Virus record (IMG/VR): IMGVR_UViG_3300009614_000107
Strand: one strand, 5' to 3'
Source of the DNA: a virus
Taxonomy: Duplodnaviria; Heunggongvirae; Uroviricota; Caudoviricetes
DNA length: 64,000 bases
Shown here in pieces: positions 8,962 to 17,032 of the stretch; position 1 is the first letter of the stretch, and every line of letters begins with the position of its first letter. Position numbers and translations under genes: made by a program. The notes below the pieces were generated by a model, which was given only the letters and a program-made list of their open reading frames with translations, had not been told where the DNA came from and searched no databases.

Positions 8962-9114
8962 TTACTTTTTCGCTCTCCTAAGATGAACTTGCGTAGGCTT
9001 GTATGTTGTCCCGTCTGTGAACTTCTTACGTGCCTCTCTTGCACTATCAGCAACTACTTTGTGCCATCTTCCACCCCTGTGGGGATATTTTAACTCATAA
9101 ACGTGTTTGGTCAT
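8962..9114 (-). CDS. small basic protein (50 aa, paralog-family half-domain; below cutoff)
   Basis: MTKHVYELKYPHRGGRWHKVVADSAREARKKF...; TAATG coupling to next gene. Confidence 0.35.
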   Translation of the reverse strand: MTKHVYELKYPHRGGRWHKVVADSAREARKKFTDGTTYKPTQVHLRRAKK

Positions 9115-9120
9115 TTTATG

Positions 9121-9339
9121 TCATTTCTCCTTGACTACTGCATAGAGGACATATGTCCTTTTATCATATCTGTCTTTCGGTTTGGTGGATGGAAACATAA
9201 CTATTCTGGTATAAAATCCACCTTTTTTCCAGTGTTTTGCAGCGTGTTCAATAGATGATTTTGTTGGGTGATCGGCAACTTTAAGATATGTTCTATGACC
9301 GAATTTTTTAGTTATTGGGATACGTGGAAGTCTTTTCAT
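9121..9339 (-). CDS. small basic protein (paralog family)
   Basis: KKGGFYTRIVMFPS...YVLYAVVKEK. Confidence 0.45.
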   Translation of the reverse strand: MKRLPRIPITKKFGHRTYLKVADHPTKSSIEHAAKHWKKGGFYTRIVMFPSTKPKDRYDKRTYVLYAVVKEK

Positions 9340-9341
9340 TT

Positions 9342-9569
9342 TTAGCGTTTCTCCTTATTGGCTGTGTAGAGGATATAATACATCTTGCCTCTCATATTTT
9401 TGAGTTTAGGATCATTACCACGATATGGACCTGCCTTGACCACACGTGCCATCATACCATCTTTGCGCCTTCTCTCGGCTGTCTTTTGCATCTCACGTTT
9501 GGAGAAGTCTGAGTCATCTAGATAGAAGTGCTTACCGCCTATCCATTTTGTGCTCTGTGGTTTTCTCAT
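9342..9569 (-). CDS. small basic protein (paralog family)
   Basis: KDGMMARVVKAGPYRG...YYILYTANKEKR. Confidence 0.45.
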   Translation of the reverse strand: MRKPQSTKWIGGKHFYLDDSDFSKREMQKTAERRRKDGMMARVVKAGPYRGNDPKLKNMRGKMYYILYTANKEKR

Positions 9570-9890
9570 TTAGAATCCTCCGATATCATATGCACTCCAA
9601 GACTTCTTTCTCTTAGATCCTTCAACATATCTCTTATAAAGGACATAAAGTGTGGCTTTGCGTTTTCCATCCTTAGCCTTGAATGGTTTGACTATTTCAT
9701 TTCTAAGTCCAGCTTCATTTGTGTGCTTTGCCCACCTTTTAGCAACGTCACTATAGAATGTGTAACTTGAGATCACAACATCATATTTCTTTCCACGATG
9801 AATTACGTGCTCAGGAACTTTGAAGGTGAAACCACCATATTCAATTGTTTCCATATTTATCAGTACTCCTTCCAGATGTAGACTGCCCAC
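9570..9890 (-). CDS. small basic protein (paralog family)
   Basis: SYTFYSDVAKRWAKHTNEAGLRNEIVKPF...LYVLYKRY. Confidence 0.45.
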   Translation of the reverse strand: MGSLHLEGVLINMETIEYGGFTFKVPEHVIHRGKKYDVVISSYTFYSDVAKRWAKHTNEAGLRNEIVKPFKAKDGKRKATLYVLYKRYVEGSKRKKSWSAYDIGGF

Positions 9891-10072
9891 ATAGTGTGGG
9901 TCACTCCACCAACTTTTACCATTCTTGCGAGATAGCCTTTCTTCCTATATTTGGTTGCTCCTTCCTTTGCCTGAGTCTTTAATCTATAAAGACGTATGGG
10001 ATGGAATAAGTGCTTACCAAATTTTCTAGAAGTGACAACCTTGTCAAACTCAGAACCGTGATATCTCACCAT
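9860..10072 (-). CDS. small basic protein (paralog family)
   Basis: KKGYLARMVKVGG...WAVYIWKEY. Confidence 0.45.
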   Translation of the reverse strand: MVRYHGSEFDKVVTSRKFGKHLFHPIRLYRLKTQAKEGATKYRKKGYLARMVKVGGVTHTMWAVYIWKEY

Positions 10073-10270
10073 TTACTTTTTCCTCCTGAATACCATAACG
10101 TACTTCTGGCCACTCTTTTGAGTGTAAGTAGGAACAAGCCTGACGCTCCAGCCTTCAGCCTTCAGTTTTTCCTTGTGATATGGTGCTGTACCTTTTTGTG
10201 TAGTGACATAGAGATGGTAGATTTTACCATCAATCACTTTCTCCGAACCGATTAGCCTTCTTTTTCCCAT
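10073..10270 (-). CDS. small basic protein (paralog family)
   Basis: AEGWSVRLVPTYTQKSGQKYVMVFRRKK. Confidence 0.45.
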   Translation of the reverse strand: MGKRRLIGSEKVIDGKIYHLYVTTQKGTAPYHKEKLKAEGWSVRLVPTYTQKSGQKYVMVFRRKK

Positions 10271-10403
10271 TATTTTTTACCTTCCTTGGGATACCATATG
10301 TTCTTTAGTTTGGCATCTGAACCCCAGAGAGTGCCAACCTTTAGGGAGTTATCTCCCCAGAGGGAACCTTGTTTAAAAGAATATTTTTTCTTAGTGGGCA
10401 TAG

Positions 10404-10628
10404 CTACTTCTCCTTGTATGCCTTTAGGTCTGATTCGTGTCTGTACATTGCCTTTGGTTTGCCTGGGATTTTAACACGGTATTCGTATCCAGTGACATAG
10501 AGAGCAGAGCCAAGGACTTTTGCCTTTAACCCACTCTTTGTTTGTACCCACTGACCGACCCTGAACTTTCTCTTTGGATGTTTATGACCCATTACGTCTG
10601 TCCTGCCGTCTGTGTAATCCTTTGCCAT
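10404..10628 (-). CDS. small basic protein
   Basis: start trimmed to MAKDYTDG to remove overlap with upstream gene. Confidence 0.4.
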   Translation of the reverse strand: MAKDYTDGRTDVMGHKHPKRKFRVGQWVQTKSGLKAKVLGSALYVTGYEYRVKIPGKPKAMYRHESDLKAYKEK

Positions 10629-10629
10629 T

Positions 10630-10866
10630 TTATCTCGCCTTCCCGTACACGACATATAGTGGTGGAAAACCACGTAATGTCTCATTATTTGGAATCATTT
10701 TTATTCCAAAGATATTTCCTGTTTTTTTCTTTAGAGCAGCCATTTTCTTTTTAGTCACAGATAGATGCTGTGAATAAACGTGAAGCATTTCGTACTCAGA
10801 ACCTCTAACAGTCACTGAGTCTGGTAGTGTATATGAGTACTTTCCAACTACTACTTTTCTATCCAT
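10630..10866 (-). CDS. small basic protein
   Basis: 78 aa. Confidence 0.4.
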   Translation of the reverse strand: MDRKVVVGKYSYTLPDSVTVRGSEYEMLHVYSQHLSVTKKKMAALKKKTGNIFGIKMIPNNETLRGFPPLYVVYGKAR

Positions 10867-11166
10867 TTACTTTCTCCTCCCTAAATGAACTCCCTTATCG
10901 GTTATAACCGTCCACTCTGAATTTCCTCTGAATTTTGTCATACTGCCTCTACGCTTTTTCTTAGGAGCAATATATACAGCGTGTGTATCCTTACCCTTTC
11001 CACTAGGAACTATTGGTGAATATGACTTTGGAATTTTTACAATCCTTATCTTGTAACCAATTGAAGCAGATTCCTTTGCGTGTGCTTGGCAATGTGCTTT
11101 TGTTCCCTCACAGTCTAGGACATAGGTTTCTCCATTGAATTTCTTCGTGAATGCTGTCTGCTTCAT
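10867..11166 (-). CDS. small basic protein (paralog family)
   Basis: SIGYKIRIVKIPKSYS...HAVYIAPKKKRR; SD GGAGGAAAAAGTAAATG. Confidence 0.45.
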   Translation of the reverse strand: MKQTAFTKKFNGETYVLDCEGTKAHCQAHAKESASIGYKIRIVKIPKSYSPIVPSGKGKDTHAVYIAPKKKRRGSMTKFRGNSEWTVITDKGVHLGRRK

Positions 11167-11310
11167 TTACTTTTTCCTCCCATATTTCTGTTCAATTAGT
11201 TTCTGGTGCTTCTGTAGACGTTTAATCTCTTTATCTGTCTCTCTGAAAAACTTCTCCATTTTAAGTCTTTCATCTTTGAGCATTTTTCTGGCTACTGGAT
11301 CGCTTACCAT
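11167..11310 (-). CDS. small coiled-coil basic protein (47 aa, below cutoff)
   Basis: TAATG overlap with upstream gene; SD GGGAGGAAAAAGTAA precedes next gene. Confidence 0.3.
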   Translation of the reverse strand: MVSDPVARKMLKDERLKMEKFFRETDKEIKRLQKHQKLIEQKYGRKK

Positions 11311-11642
11311 TACTTCTTTCTCCTTACTGTTTGTTTGAACCCATAGAACCTTTCAAACTGTTCTGGGGTCATCGGTGTTCCACCACTTGGAAATTTCTTG
11401 TAGAGTTTACAAGCATTTGAGATTGTAATCTTTTTCTTTGTGTAGCCATATACCTGTGGGTTGCTAAGAACCATACCAGCTCTCTGCAATGGGAATTGTT
11501 TTCCAACTATCAGGGACTTTCTCTTTTTCTTGTATTCTGAGTCAGATATCTTTTTTGCAAGCCAATCTTTATCAAGTTTTTCAAGCTGTCTATTAATGGC
11601 TTGTATTCTTGCTGATATCTGCTTGTGTGTTAGCATTACCAT
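11310..11642 (-). CDS. basic hypothetical protein
   Basis: 110 aa. Confidence 0.4.
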   Translation of the reverse strand: MVMLTHKQISARIQAINRQLEKLDKDWLAKKISDSEYKKKRKSLIVGKQFPLQRAGMVLSNPQVYGYTKKKITISNACKLYKKFPSGGTPMTPEQFERFYGFKQTVRRKK

Positions 11643-11643
11643 T

Positions 11644-11889
11644 TTAATCTACCCATCCTGCTTCTCCAGACTTGAGCAATTTTCTAGCCCTATCTGGTGT
11701 GATTGCTCTCATTGATGCTACATCTTCCTTACGGAAAGCATAATAATGAGGTGTCTGTGATGATCTTGCTTTCTTTGCCTGAGTTGGAGTTCCAGCCCAA
11801 AGTCCATCCTGTATGTGTCTACCTCTCTTCATTTTGATATGATAGATCTTCCATCCAGACTTGATATTACGTCTACCAACTACTGGCAT
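11644..11889 (-). CDS. small basic protein
   Basis: 81 aa; AGGTGAT SD. Confidence 0.4.
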   Translation of the reverse strand: MPVVGRRNIKSGWKIYHIKMKRGRHIQDGLWAGTPTQAKKARSSQTPHYYAFRKEDVASMRAITPDRARKLLKSGEAGWVD

Positions 11890-11895
11890 CTAAGA

Positions 11896-12060
11896 TCACC
11901 TATAATCTCCAACATTTCCATATCCTGGTTTCTTTGGATGGAATTTTGATTTGTGTCTCTTGTCAGCAGCTATGGATTTACCGATGCTAACCCACTTTTT
12001 GAATCTGCCGTCTGCATAGCGTTCTACATAGAACTTTCCAATTTTACTTCTTGCAACCAT
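11896..12060 (-). CDS. small basic protein (54 aa, below cutoff)
   Basis: MVARSKIGKFYVERYADGRFKKWVSIGKSIAADKRHK...; abuts stop of 12061..12243. Confidence 0.35.
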   Translation of the reverse strand: MVARSKIGKFYVERYADGRFKKWVSIGKSIAADKRHKSKFHPKKPGYGNVGDYR

Positions 12061-12243
12061 TTACTTTTTCAACCCCATTCTTTCTGCTCTTTTGGATGCT
12101 ACAAGCAATTCCTTATTTGTGAACACCCAAGATCTGTCCTTTGCCATAATTCCAGAGTAGGTTTTATGGCGTTTTGGATCGTGAATTCTAACGGCAGTAA
12201 CTTTAGTTTTTCTGCCTACTGTGTGTGCTTTATTTTCTGTCAT
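12061..12243 (-). CDS. small basic protein
   Basis: 60 aa; SD GGGGTTGAAAAAGTAAATG. Confidence 0.4.
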   Translation of the reverse strand: MTENKAHTVGRKTKVTAVRIHDPKRHKTYSGIMAKDRSWVFTNKELLVASKRAERMGLKK

Positions 12244-12450
12244 TTACTTTCTTCTCCTCATTCTGTCACGGTGTTTCTTTGTAGAACGGACACGAGCGTG
12301 ATATACTTCCATAGCGTGTTCCTTACCAGCTAACCTGATTGCTTTTAGAGGTTTACCATTGCCATCTGTACCACCAGAAACCCAGTAGTACCCAAGGATA
12401 ATACCGTATGTATCCCTGTCCTTACAAATAGAAACTTTTCTCCTTGCCAA
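12244..12450 (-). CDS. small basic protein (first gene of array)
   Basis: 68 aa; SD GGAGAAGAAAGTAAATG. Confidence 0.4.
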   Translation of the reverse strand: MARRKVSICKDRDTYGIILGYYWVSGGTDGNGKPLKAIRLAGKEHAMEVYHARVRSTKKHRDRMRRRK

Positions 12451-12599
12451 GGTTTGTCTAAGTGGATATCACTAGCTGAGAATATAAAGTTTATGATAAA
12501 TCGTTATGATATTGATAGATGTATCGGTATGGTACATCTAGCTCATCTTTTTATGATAATTCTTTTATCTTAGCGTTCAAGATAGATTAACTGATAACA

Positions 12600-12848
12600 A
12601 TGGTTCCACCACCAAGAAAAAGAATCTTCTTAACAAAGAAGAGAGGCTGGTCGAAAGACCTTCCTGCATCAGAGCGCAGAAAGAGAGTGTATTCCACCAC
12701 AGATCATAAAAAGACTAGACACAACCGCTACCTTGAAGCATTCAGGGCAACACAGGGTCTAGCTAATCTCAGTAAGGATCCTGACACAAAGGCAAAGGCA
12801 AAGTCTGATGCAAATTACTTCTCCAAGAAAATGGAGAAGTACCAATAA
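12600..12848 (+). CDS. basic hypothetical protein
   Basis: only plus-strand ORF here without overlap; divergent from array across repeat-bearing intergenic region. Confidence 0.35.
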   Translation: MVPPPRKRIFLTKKRGWSKDLPASERRKRVYSTTDHKKTRHNRYLEAFRATQGLANLSKDPDTKAKAKSDANYFSKKMEKYQ

Positions 12849-12855
12849 ACTTTTT

Positions 12856-13236
12856 TTATTCTTGTAATAAAGCGTTAGAACTTCCTAAGATTTTATCGAG
12901 TGAGTAGAGGAAGGCTAATGATGTCAGCCTAGACACACCATCTTCATCCATCGTCAAAACAGATATTATTGAAGTATTCGAGAACTTTTTTGAACGAACA
13001 TATACATTAAGATCGTCACTGCTGTCTCTTAAAAATCCATTTTCCTTTCCTATAATAAAATGACCATCTTCATATTTAATAGTCATAAAGCCTGGAAAGG
13101 CATCTTTGATGGCTCTATCAATGTAGTCTTTTGGTTCTTCACCCTGTTTTAGGAAATAAACAACAGAACTTGGGATACTCAAACCGTGACTACTTGAGGA
13201 TGAACCGTGTGCTATTGGAACAAAAATTACAGGCAT
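12856..13236 (-). CDS. hypothetical protein
   Basis: 126 aa downstream of flotillin-like gene. Confidence 0.45.
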   Translation of the reverse strand: MPVIFVPIAHGSSSSSHGLSIPSSVVYFLKQGEEPKDYIDRAIKDAFPGFMTIKYEDGHFIIGKENGFLRDSSDDLNVYVRSKKFSNTSIISVLTMDEDGVSRLTSLAFLYSLDKILGSSNALLQE

Positions 13237-13330
13237 TTTACATCACTCTTTACTTTACATTACTTGACTTAACTGCACTAAACTCCAGTTCACTGCACTT
13301 TACTGCTCTACTTTACTTTAAAAAATGGGA

Positions 13331-15175
13331 TTAGACTGCTTTGGTAGCTGCCTCTTTCTTTCGAAGCATCTGAGCCAGCCAGACATTGAGTAGGTTGCCT
13401 TGGGCTTCTCCACCATTGCCACCTGAAACTAGGATATCAGGTGTGATAGTGATCTTGCCAGAGGCAATCTGCTCGAACACCTTTAGCATTGCAACGTTGT
13501 CCTGACCTAGGACACCCATCTGTGCAGCATATGCTTTAGCTGTACCTACACCTTCCTGTTCATTCTTGTAAGCTGTACCGTCTGCCTGAGCCTTAGTTGC
13601 ATCACGAACACCAGCAGCTTCCATCCTTGCTGCATCTGCACGGTCTGCTGCAATATCGATTGACAGTTTAGCTGAGATAACGTCAGTCTGCTTGTCAGCC
13701 CTTGCCGTTTTCTCTGCTACAGCAATCCTCTGCTCCTGTGCAAGTGCTTCCTGCTGGTACTGTGCCTGTTGCTGGGCAGCTATTTCCTTCTTTGTCTGAG
13801 TTTCTAGTAGTGCCTTGTCAACATCAATGTAAGCAATTAGCAGCCCCTGAACCTCTGTGTGGTACTTCGAGAACTCTTCACGAGCCTTCTCAAGTGCCTG
13901 TTCCTGTAGTTCAGTTCGGCTGTGGACGAACTGCATTGCCTGTTTCTTGCCAGCTTCGTTACGGAAGGAGGAGTCGATCAGTGGGTGAGCAACCTGTTCA
14001 ATCAGGTTCTGTACAGTACCGAACCTTGCAATCACGAAAGGTGCATTGGCTGGAGGTACACGGATGATGAGCCTGACATCTACATCAAGCTGGAACCCAT
14101 CCATTGAAGTTACACGAAGTTGGCTGAACTTGAAGAACTCTGTGATCTTCTGGCTCTGGGAAACGTCCTTTCCCTGAGCTCCAAGTACACGTGTCTCTGC
14201 TGGACCCTCAGTTGATGCCCAATCTATAGTGATAGCGGAAGTAGGTACTAACTCAGGCTTGTAGGCGATTTGGTTAAGGTTGTACTTTCCAGGTGTAACT
14301 GGCTCGGCCAGAATACCACGCTGGTTCTTGTCAGTGATTAGAAGAGACTCAACTGTCTCTGGAATTGGGGAATTGAGATCAGGTGTCTTGCTGATTTTTG
14401 GTGCTTCACCACTAGGCTGGACTTCCTTTCCAACACTGGAAATGATTACAGCAACGTAGCCTGGTGGGACAACAGCAACATCATAGAGAGTGACTTGGAA
14501 TAGGTTAGTATTTATGTAGTAATCACCTGGCTGAAGTGTCTCAAGTTGTGGACCCCTGTAGCCACCAGCCTCAATGAAGGCTTGGCTGTCTTGGAAGTGC
14601 TTGTGATCTGATGTGGGTGCTGGAGCAATTATGAAACCAGATGGCAGTGAATTGCCATCCATAGCAACAACTACACCGACCCTCTCCTGTGGAACTTGTA
14701 CTGCACCAACTGCTGTGACTTTGAATACAGCTAGGTTGATACGATAAACACCTGGGCGAAGTACACCAATCTGAGGACCCTTCTTTCCACCATTCTTGAG
14801 GAATGCCCCTGCATCTTGGTACGAATTACATTCAACCTCATCTGCAAGGATACGACCAGATGGAATGGATTGTCCGTCAATGGACTCAACTAGACCAATA
14901 TTTCCCTGTGGAATCTCGGTCACTTCGACCTTCTTAATCTTCCAGATTATGGGGAAACGCCAGTAAAGTCCAGGCATAAGGGTTTCAGCTTGAATACCGA
15001 CCTCACCCTCAGTAGCAATGATTTTTCCCTGTGGTAATTTCTTGCCAAACATTTTCTTAACTAGGATACCGACCTCACCAGCTTTGATGAGAGCGAATCC
15101 TGGTAGCACGAAGAAAACTAAGCATATTAGTACGACAATGCCTAGAATCCCTAGTCCGATTAGATCTTCAAACAT
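13331..15175 (-). CDS. flotillin / SPFH (band-7) family membrane protein
   Basis: N-terminal TM; internal duplicated SPFH-like segments; Ala/Glu/Gln coiled-coil region; C-terminal ITITPDILVSGGNGGEAQGNLL typical of bacterial flotillin/YqiK; GC content visibly higher than flanks. Confidence 0.6.
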   Translation of the reverse strand: MFEDLIGLGILGIVVLICLVFFVLPGFALIKAGEVGILVKKMFGKKLPQGKIIATEGEVGIQAETLMPGLYWRFPIIWKIKKVEVTEIPQGNIGLVESIDGQSIPSGRILADEVECNSYQDAGAFLKNGGKKGPQIGVLRPGVYRINLAVFKVTAVGAVQVPQERVGVVVAMDGNSLPSGFIIAPAPTSDHKHFQDSQAFIEAGGYRGPQLETLQPGDYYINTNLFQVTLYDVAVVPPGYVAVIISSVGKEVQPSGEAPKISKTPDLNSPIPETVESLLITDKNQRGILAEPVTPGKYNLNQIAYKPELVPTSAITIDWASTEGPAETRVLGAQGKDVSQSQKITEFFKFSQLRVTSMDGFQLDVDVRLIIRVPPANAPFVIARFGTVQNLIEQVAHPLIDSSFRNEAGKKQAMQFVHSRTELQEQALEKAREEFSKYHTEVQGLLIAYIDVDKALLETQTKKEIAAQQQAQYQQEALAQEQRIAVAEKTARADKQTDVISAKLSIDIAADRADAARMEAAGVRDATKAQADGTAYKNEQEGVGTAKAYAAQMGVLGQDNVAMLKVFEQIASGKITITPDILVSGGNGGEAQGNLLNVWLAQMLRKKEAATKAV

Positions 15176-15216
15176 TTGAATACATCTCTGTTTGCAAATG
15201 TAGGACTGTGCTAAAG

Positions 15217-15228
15217 TTTATAAATATT
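15217..15228. promoter_or_regulatory. TTTATAAATATT promoter-like element
   Basis: about 40 nt upstream of flotillin-like gene start 15175; abuts tRNA 3' end. Confidence 0.55.
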
Positions 15229-15235
15229 TGGAATT

Positions 15236-15320
15236 TGGTGGGGTTACAAGGAGTCGAACCCTGACCCTTGGTTTTCCCCTATTTCTGGGGACCAAGATGC
15301 TACCGCTACACCATAACCCC
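15236..15320 (-). tRNA. tRNA with about 11-nt intron in anticodon loop; anticodon CCA (Trp) most likely, CCC (Gly) alternative; CCA end encoded
   Basis: acceptor GGGGTTA/TAACCCC, T-arm CAGGG-TTCGACT-CCTTG, CCCC..GGGG helix flanking anticodon-loop insert. Confidence 0.6.
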
Positions 15321-15368
15321 AATGATATGCTCTAAGAAATGTGTGAATTTATAAATCTTGTGATTGGG

Positions 15369-15797
15369 TTAATCCCCACCGCCACCGCCATCTCCCCCAC
15401 CACCGCCATCTCCTCCTCCTGCATCTCCACCACCACCAGCATCAGAACCACCACCACTGCCACCAGAGTCGATTCCACCACCTGAACCACCATTTGATGC
15501 ACTGCCTGAGTCACCTGGACTTGGACCCTCTTCGTCATCTCCATTTGAGGATGTTGATGGATTTGAACTACTTGAACTGCCACCACCGTCATAGAAGAAA
15601 TATGGCATCCAAGGAACCCATCCAGTGTCAGTCGAGTTGTCTTTGCCTGATGTCGGTTTTGGATATGACCTTGATTGCTGGTTAATCATAGCTGTTTTTA
15701 TATTGGAAAGTAAAATAACTGTCAATAACAGTATGACAAACACCATAATTGCTGAAAGGGCTAAAGTTAGCTTTGTTCCCGTTCTCATATCGATCAA
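15369..15797 (-). CDS. Gly/Asp-rich low-complexity protein with N-terminal membrane anchor
   Basis: TM LTLALSAIMVFVILLLTVILL then GGSGGG/GGGGD repeats. Confidence 0.45.
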   Translation of the reverse strand: MIDMRTGTKLTLALSAIMVFVILLLTVILLSNIKTAMINQQSRSYPKPTSGKDNSTDTGWVPWMPYFFYDGGGSSSSSNPSTSSNGDDEEGPSPGDSGSASNGGSGGGIDSGGSGGGSDAGGGGDAGGGDGGGGGDGGGGGD

Positions 15798-15900
15798 TAA
15801 ATTGTAAGTTTGAGTGTTTATAAATATTTAGTATATTTTTTATATAGATAATTAATAAAATTTTGTTTGAAACTAATTATCTCGGAAATAAATAATTATT

Positions 15901-16671
15901 TTATGGTATCAGTTCTATCTTAGTAACCGTATCATCATATGATGGTGCTTCATAGATAGTTCTGTCCCAATATGGTTGACCAACTTTAACGTGCATTATT
16001 ATATCAGTCTGTGGCTCGATGTAGACAATTCCCCTGTCTGTGGTGTTGAAAGCTACCAAAGCGTGTCCTACACTTGTTGGCATAAAATCACCCATCTCGA
16101 TAGACACAAAGAAACACCGATAACCAGCATTAAACGCATTTCTCTTCACATCTGATGTGAAATCGTGGCAAACATAGCTACCTTCTACATATTCTTTCTC
16201 ATCTGTCTTGTCATTCTGTATGAATGTAAGCATCTGTTGATATGTTGGGTCTTTGATATTAAATCCTGTAGCTTTCCATCCTTTTTGATATCCTACTGTA
16301 TAGCCTGTTTTTTCACCCAAGCCATAGCCAGTTGTATTTCCGACTTTGTAACCGTTGGTGTATCCAGTGGCAATACCAGCCGTGTTACCAGTATTGTATC
16401 CAGCTAGATCACCCACATTGTAGCCTCTACCATACCCAACGGAATCACCAGCCGTATATCCTGTATTATACCCATCCTTTGTTCCATTTGAATAACCAGA
16501 GGTATATCCAACTGGATAACCTGATTTGTATCCAGCAATCTGTCCCTCAGTATATCCAGCAATATGTCCTTGAGTGTTTCCAAAGTAAAAACCAAAAAAG
16601 GTTCCACCAAGGATCATTGCTGTCATTCCCACAATTACTATTGTACTTGTCTTTTGGTTCATTTCATTCAC
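15901..16671 (-). CDS. GY-hexapeptide-repeat protein with N-terminal TM and C-terminal globular domain
   Basis: about 17 tandem x-G-Y-x-x-G units. Confidence 0.5.
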   Translation of the reverse strand: MNEMNQKTSTIVIVGMTAMILGGTFFGFYFGNTQGHIAGYTEGQIAGYKSGYPVGYTSGYSNGTKDGYNTGYTAGDSVGYGRGYNVGDLAGYNTGNTAGIATGYTNGYKVGNTTGYGLGEKTGYTVGYQKGWKATGFNIKDPTYQQMLTFIQNDKTDEKEYVEGSYVCHDFTSDVKRNAFNAGYRCFFVSIEMGDFMPTSVGHALVAFNTTDRGIVYIEPQTDIIMHVKVGQPYWDRTIYEAPSYDDTVTKIELIP

Positions 16672-16715
16672 TATTACGTATTGATAATTAACTTACTTAA
16701 AAATGTTATGGATTA

Positions 16716-16795
16716 TGGCGGGTTCGGAGGGATTTGAACCCCCGACAAGTGGATTAAAAGTCCACTGCGCTAAGACCTGACTGCGCCACGAACCC
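16716..16795 (-). tRNA. tRNA-Lys (anticodon UUU), CCA encoded
   Basis: GGGTTCG...GGACTTTTAATCCAC...GGTTCAAATCC...CGAACCCGCCA. Confidence 0.8.
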
Positions 16796-16817
16796 AGCAC
16801 TGAATAGTATGACTGAA

Positions 16818-16829
16818 TTTATAAATATT
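16818..16829. promoter_or_regulatory. TTTATAAATATT promoter element for tRNA-Lys(UUU)
   Basis: centred about 28 nt upstream of tRNA 5' end. Confidence 0.6.
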
Positions 16830-16834
16830 GTGAA

Positions 16835-16912
16835 TGGTGGACTCGAAGGGATTTGAACCCCTGACCCTTGGCTTAGAAGGCCAATGCTCTATCCAAGCTG
16901 TGCTACGAGTCC
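16835..16912 (-). tRNA. tRNA-Arg (anticodon UCU), CCA encoded
   Basis: GGACTCG...loop CTTCTAA...GGTTCAAATCC...CGAGTCCACCA. Confidence 0.8.
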
Positions 16913-16914
16913 AA

Positions 16915-16993
16915 TGGTGAGTCTGAGGGGATTTGAACCCCTGAATGGAGGATTAAGGGTCCTCTGCGCTAGACCTTGCTACGCCACAGACTC
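16915..16993 (-). tRNA. tRNA-Lys (anticodon CUU), CCA encoded
   Basis: GAGTCTG...loop CCCTTAA...GGTTCAAATCC...CAGACTCACCA; 2 nt from tRNA-Arg, so co-transcribed. Confidence 0.7.
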
Positions 16994-17014
16994 AGCATAA
17001 AAGACAAAATCTGA

Positions 17015-17026
17015 TTTATAAATATT
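17015..17026. promoter_or_regulatory. TTTATAAATATT promoter element for tRNA-Lys(CUU)/tRNA-Arg pair
   Basis: about 25 nt upstream of tRNA 5' end. Confidence 0.6.
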
Positions 17027-17032
17027 TAGAAT

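Noticed and set aside
13702-14107. Plus-strand ORFs (121 aa, 61 aa) inside the flotillin gene
   Set aside because: Entirely antisense to a long, motif-bearing minus-strand CDS in a GC-rich segment where long spurious ORFs are expected; no SD or promoter element.
15332-15592. ORF 15332..15592 (86 aa, His/Val/Gln-rich)
   Set aside because: Alternative frame of the Gly-rich gene 15369..15797; the latter has a TM anchor and a sensible start downstream of a promoter element.
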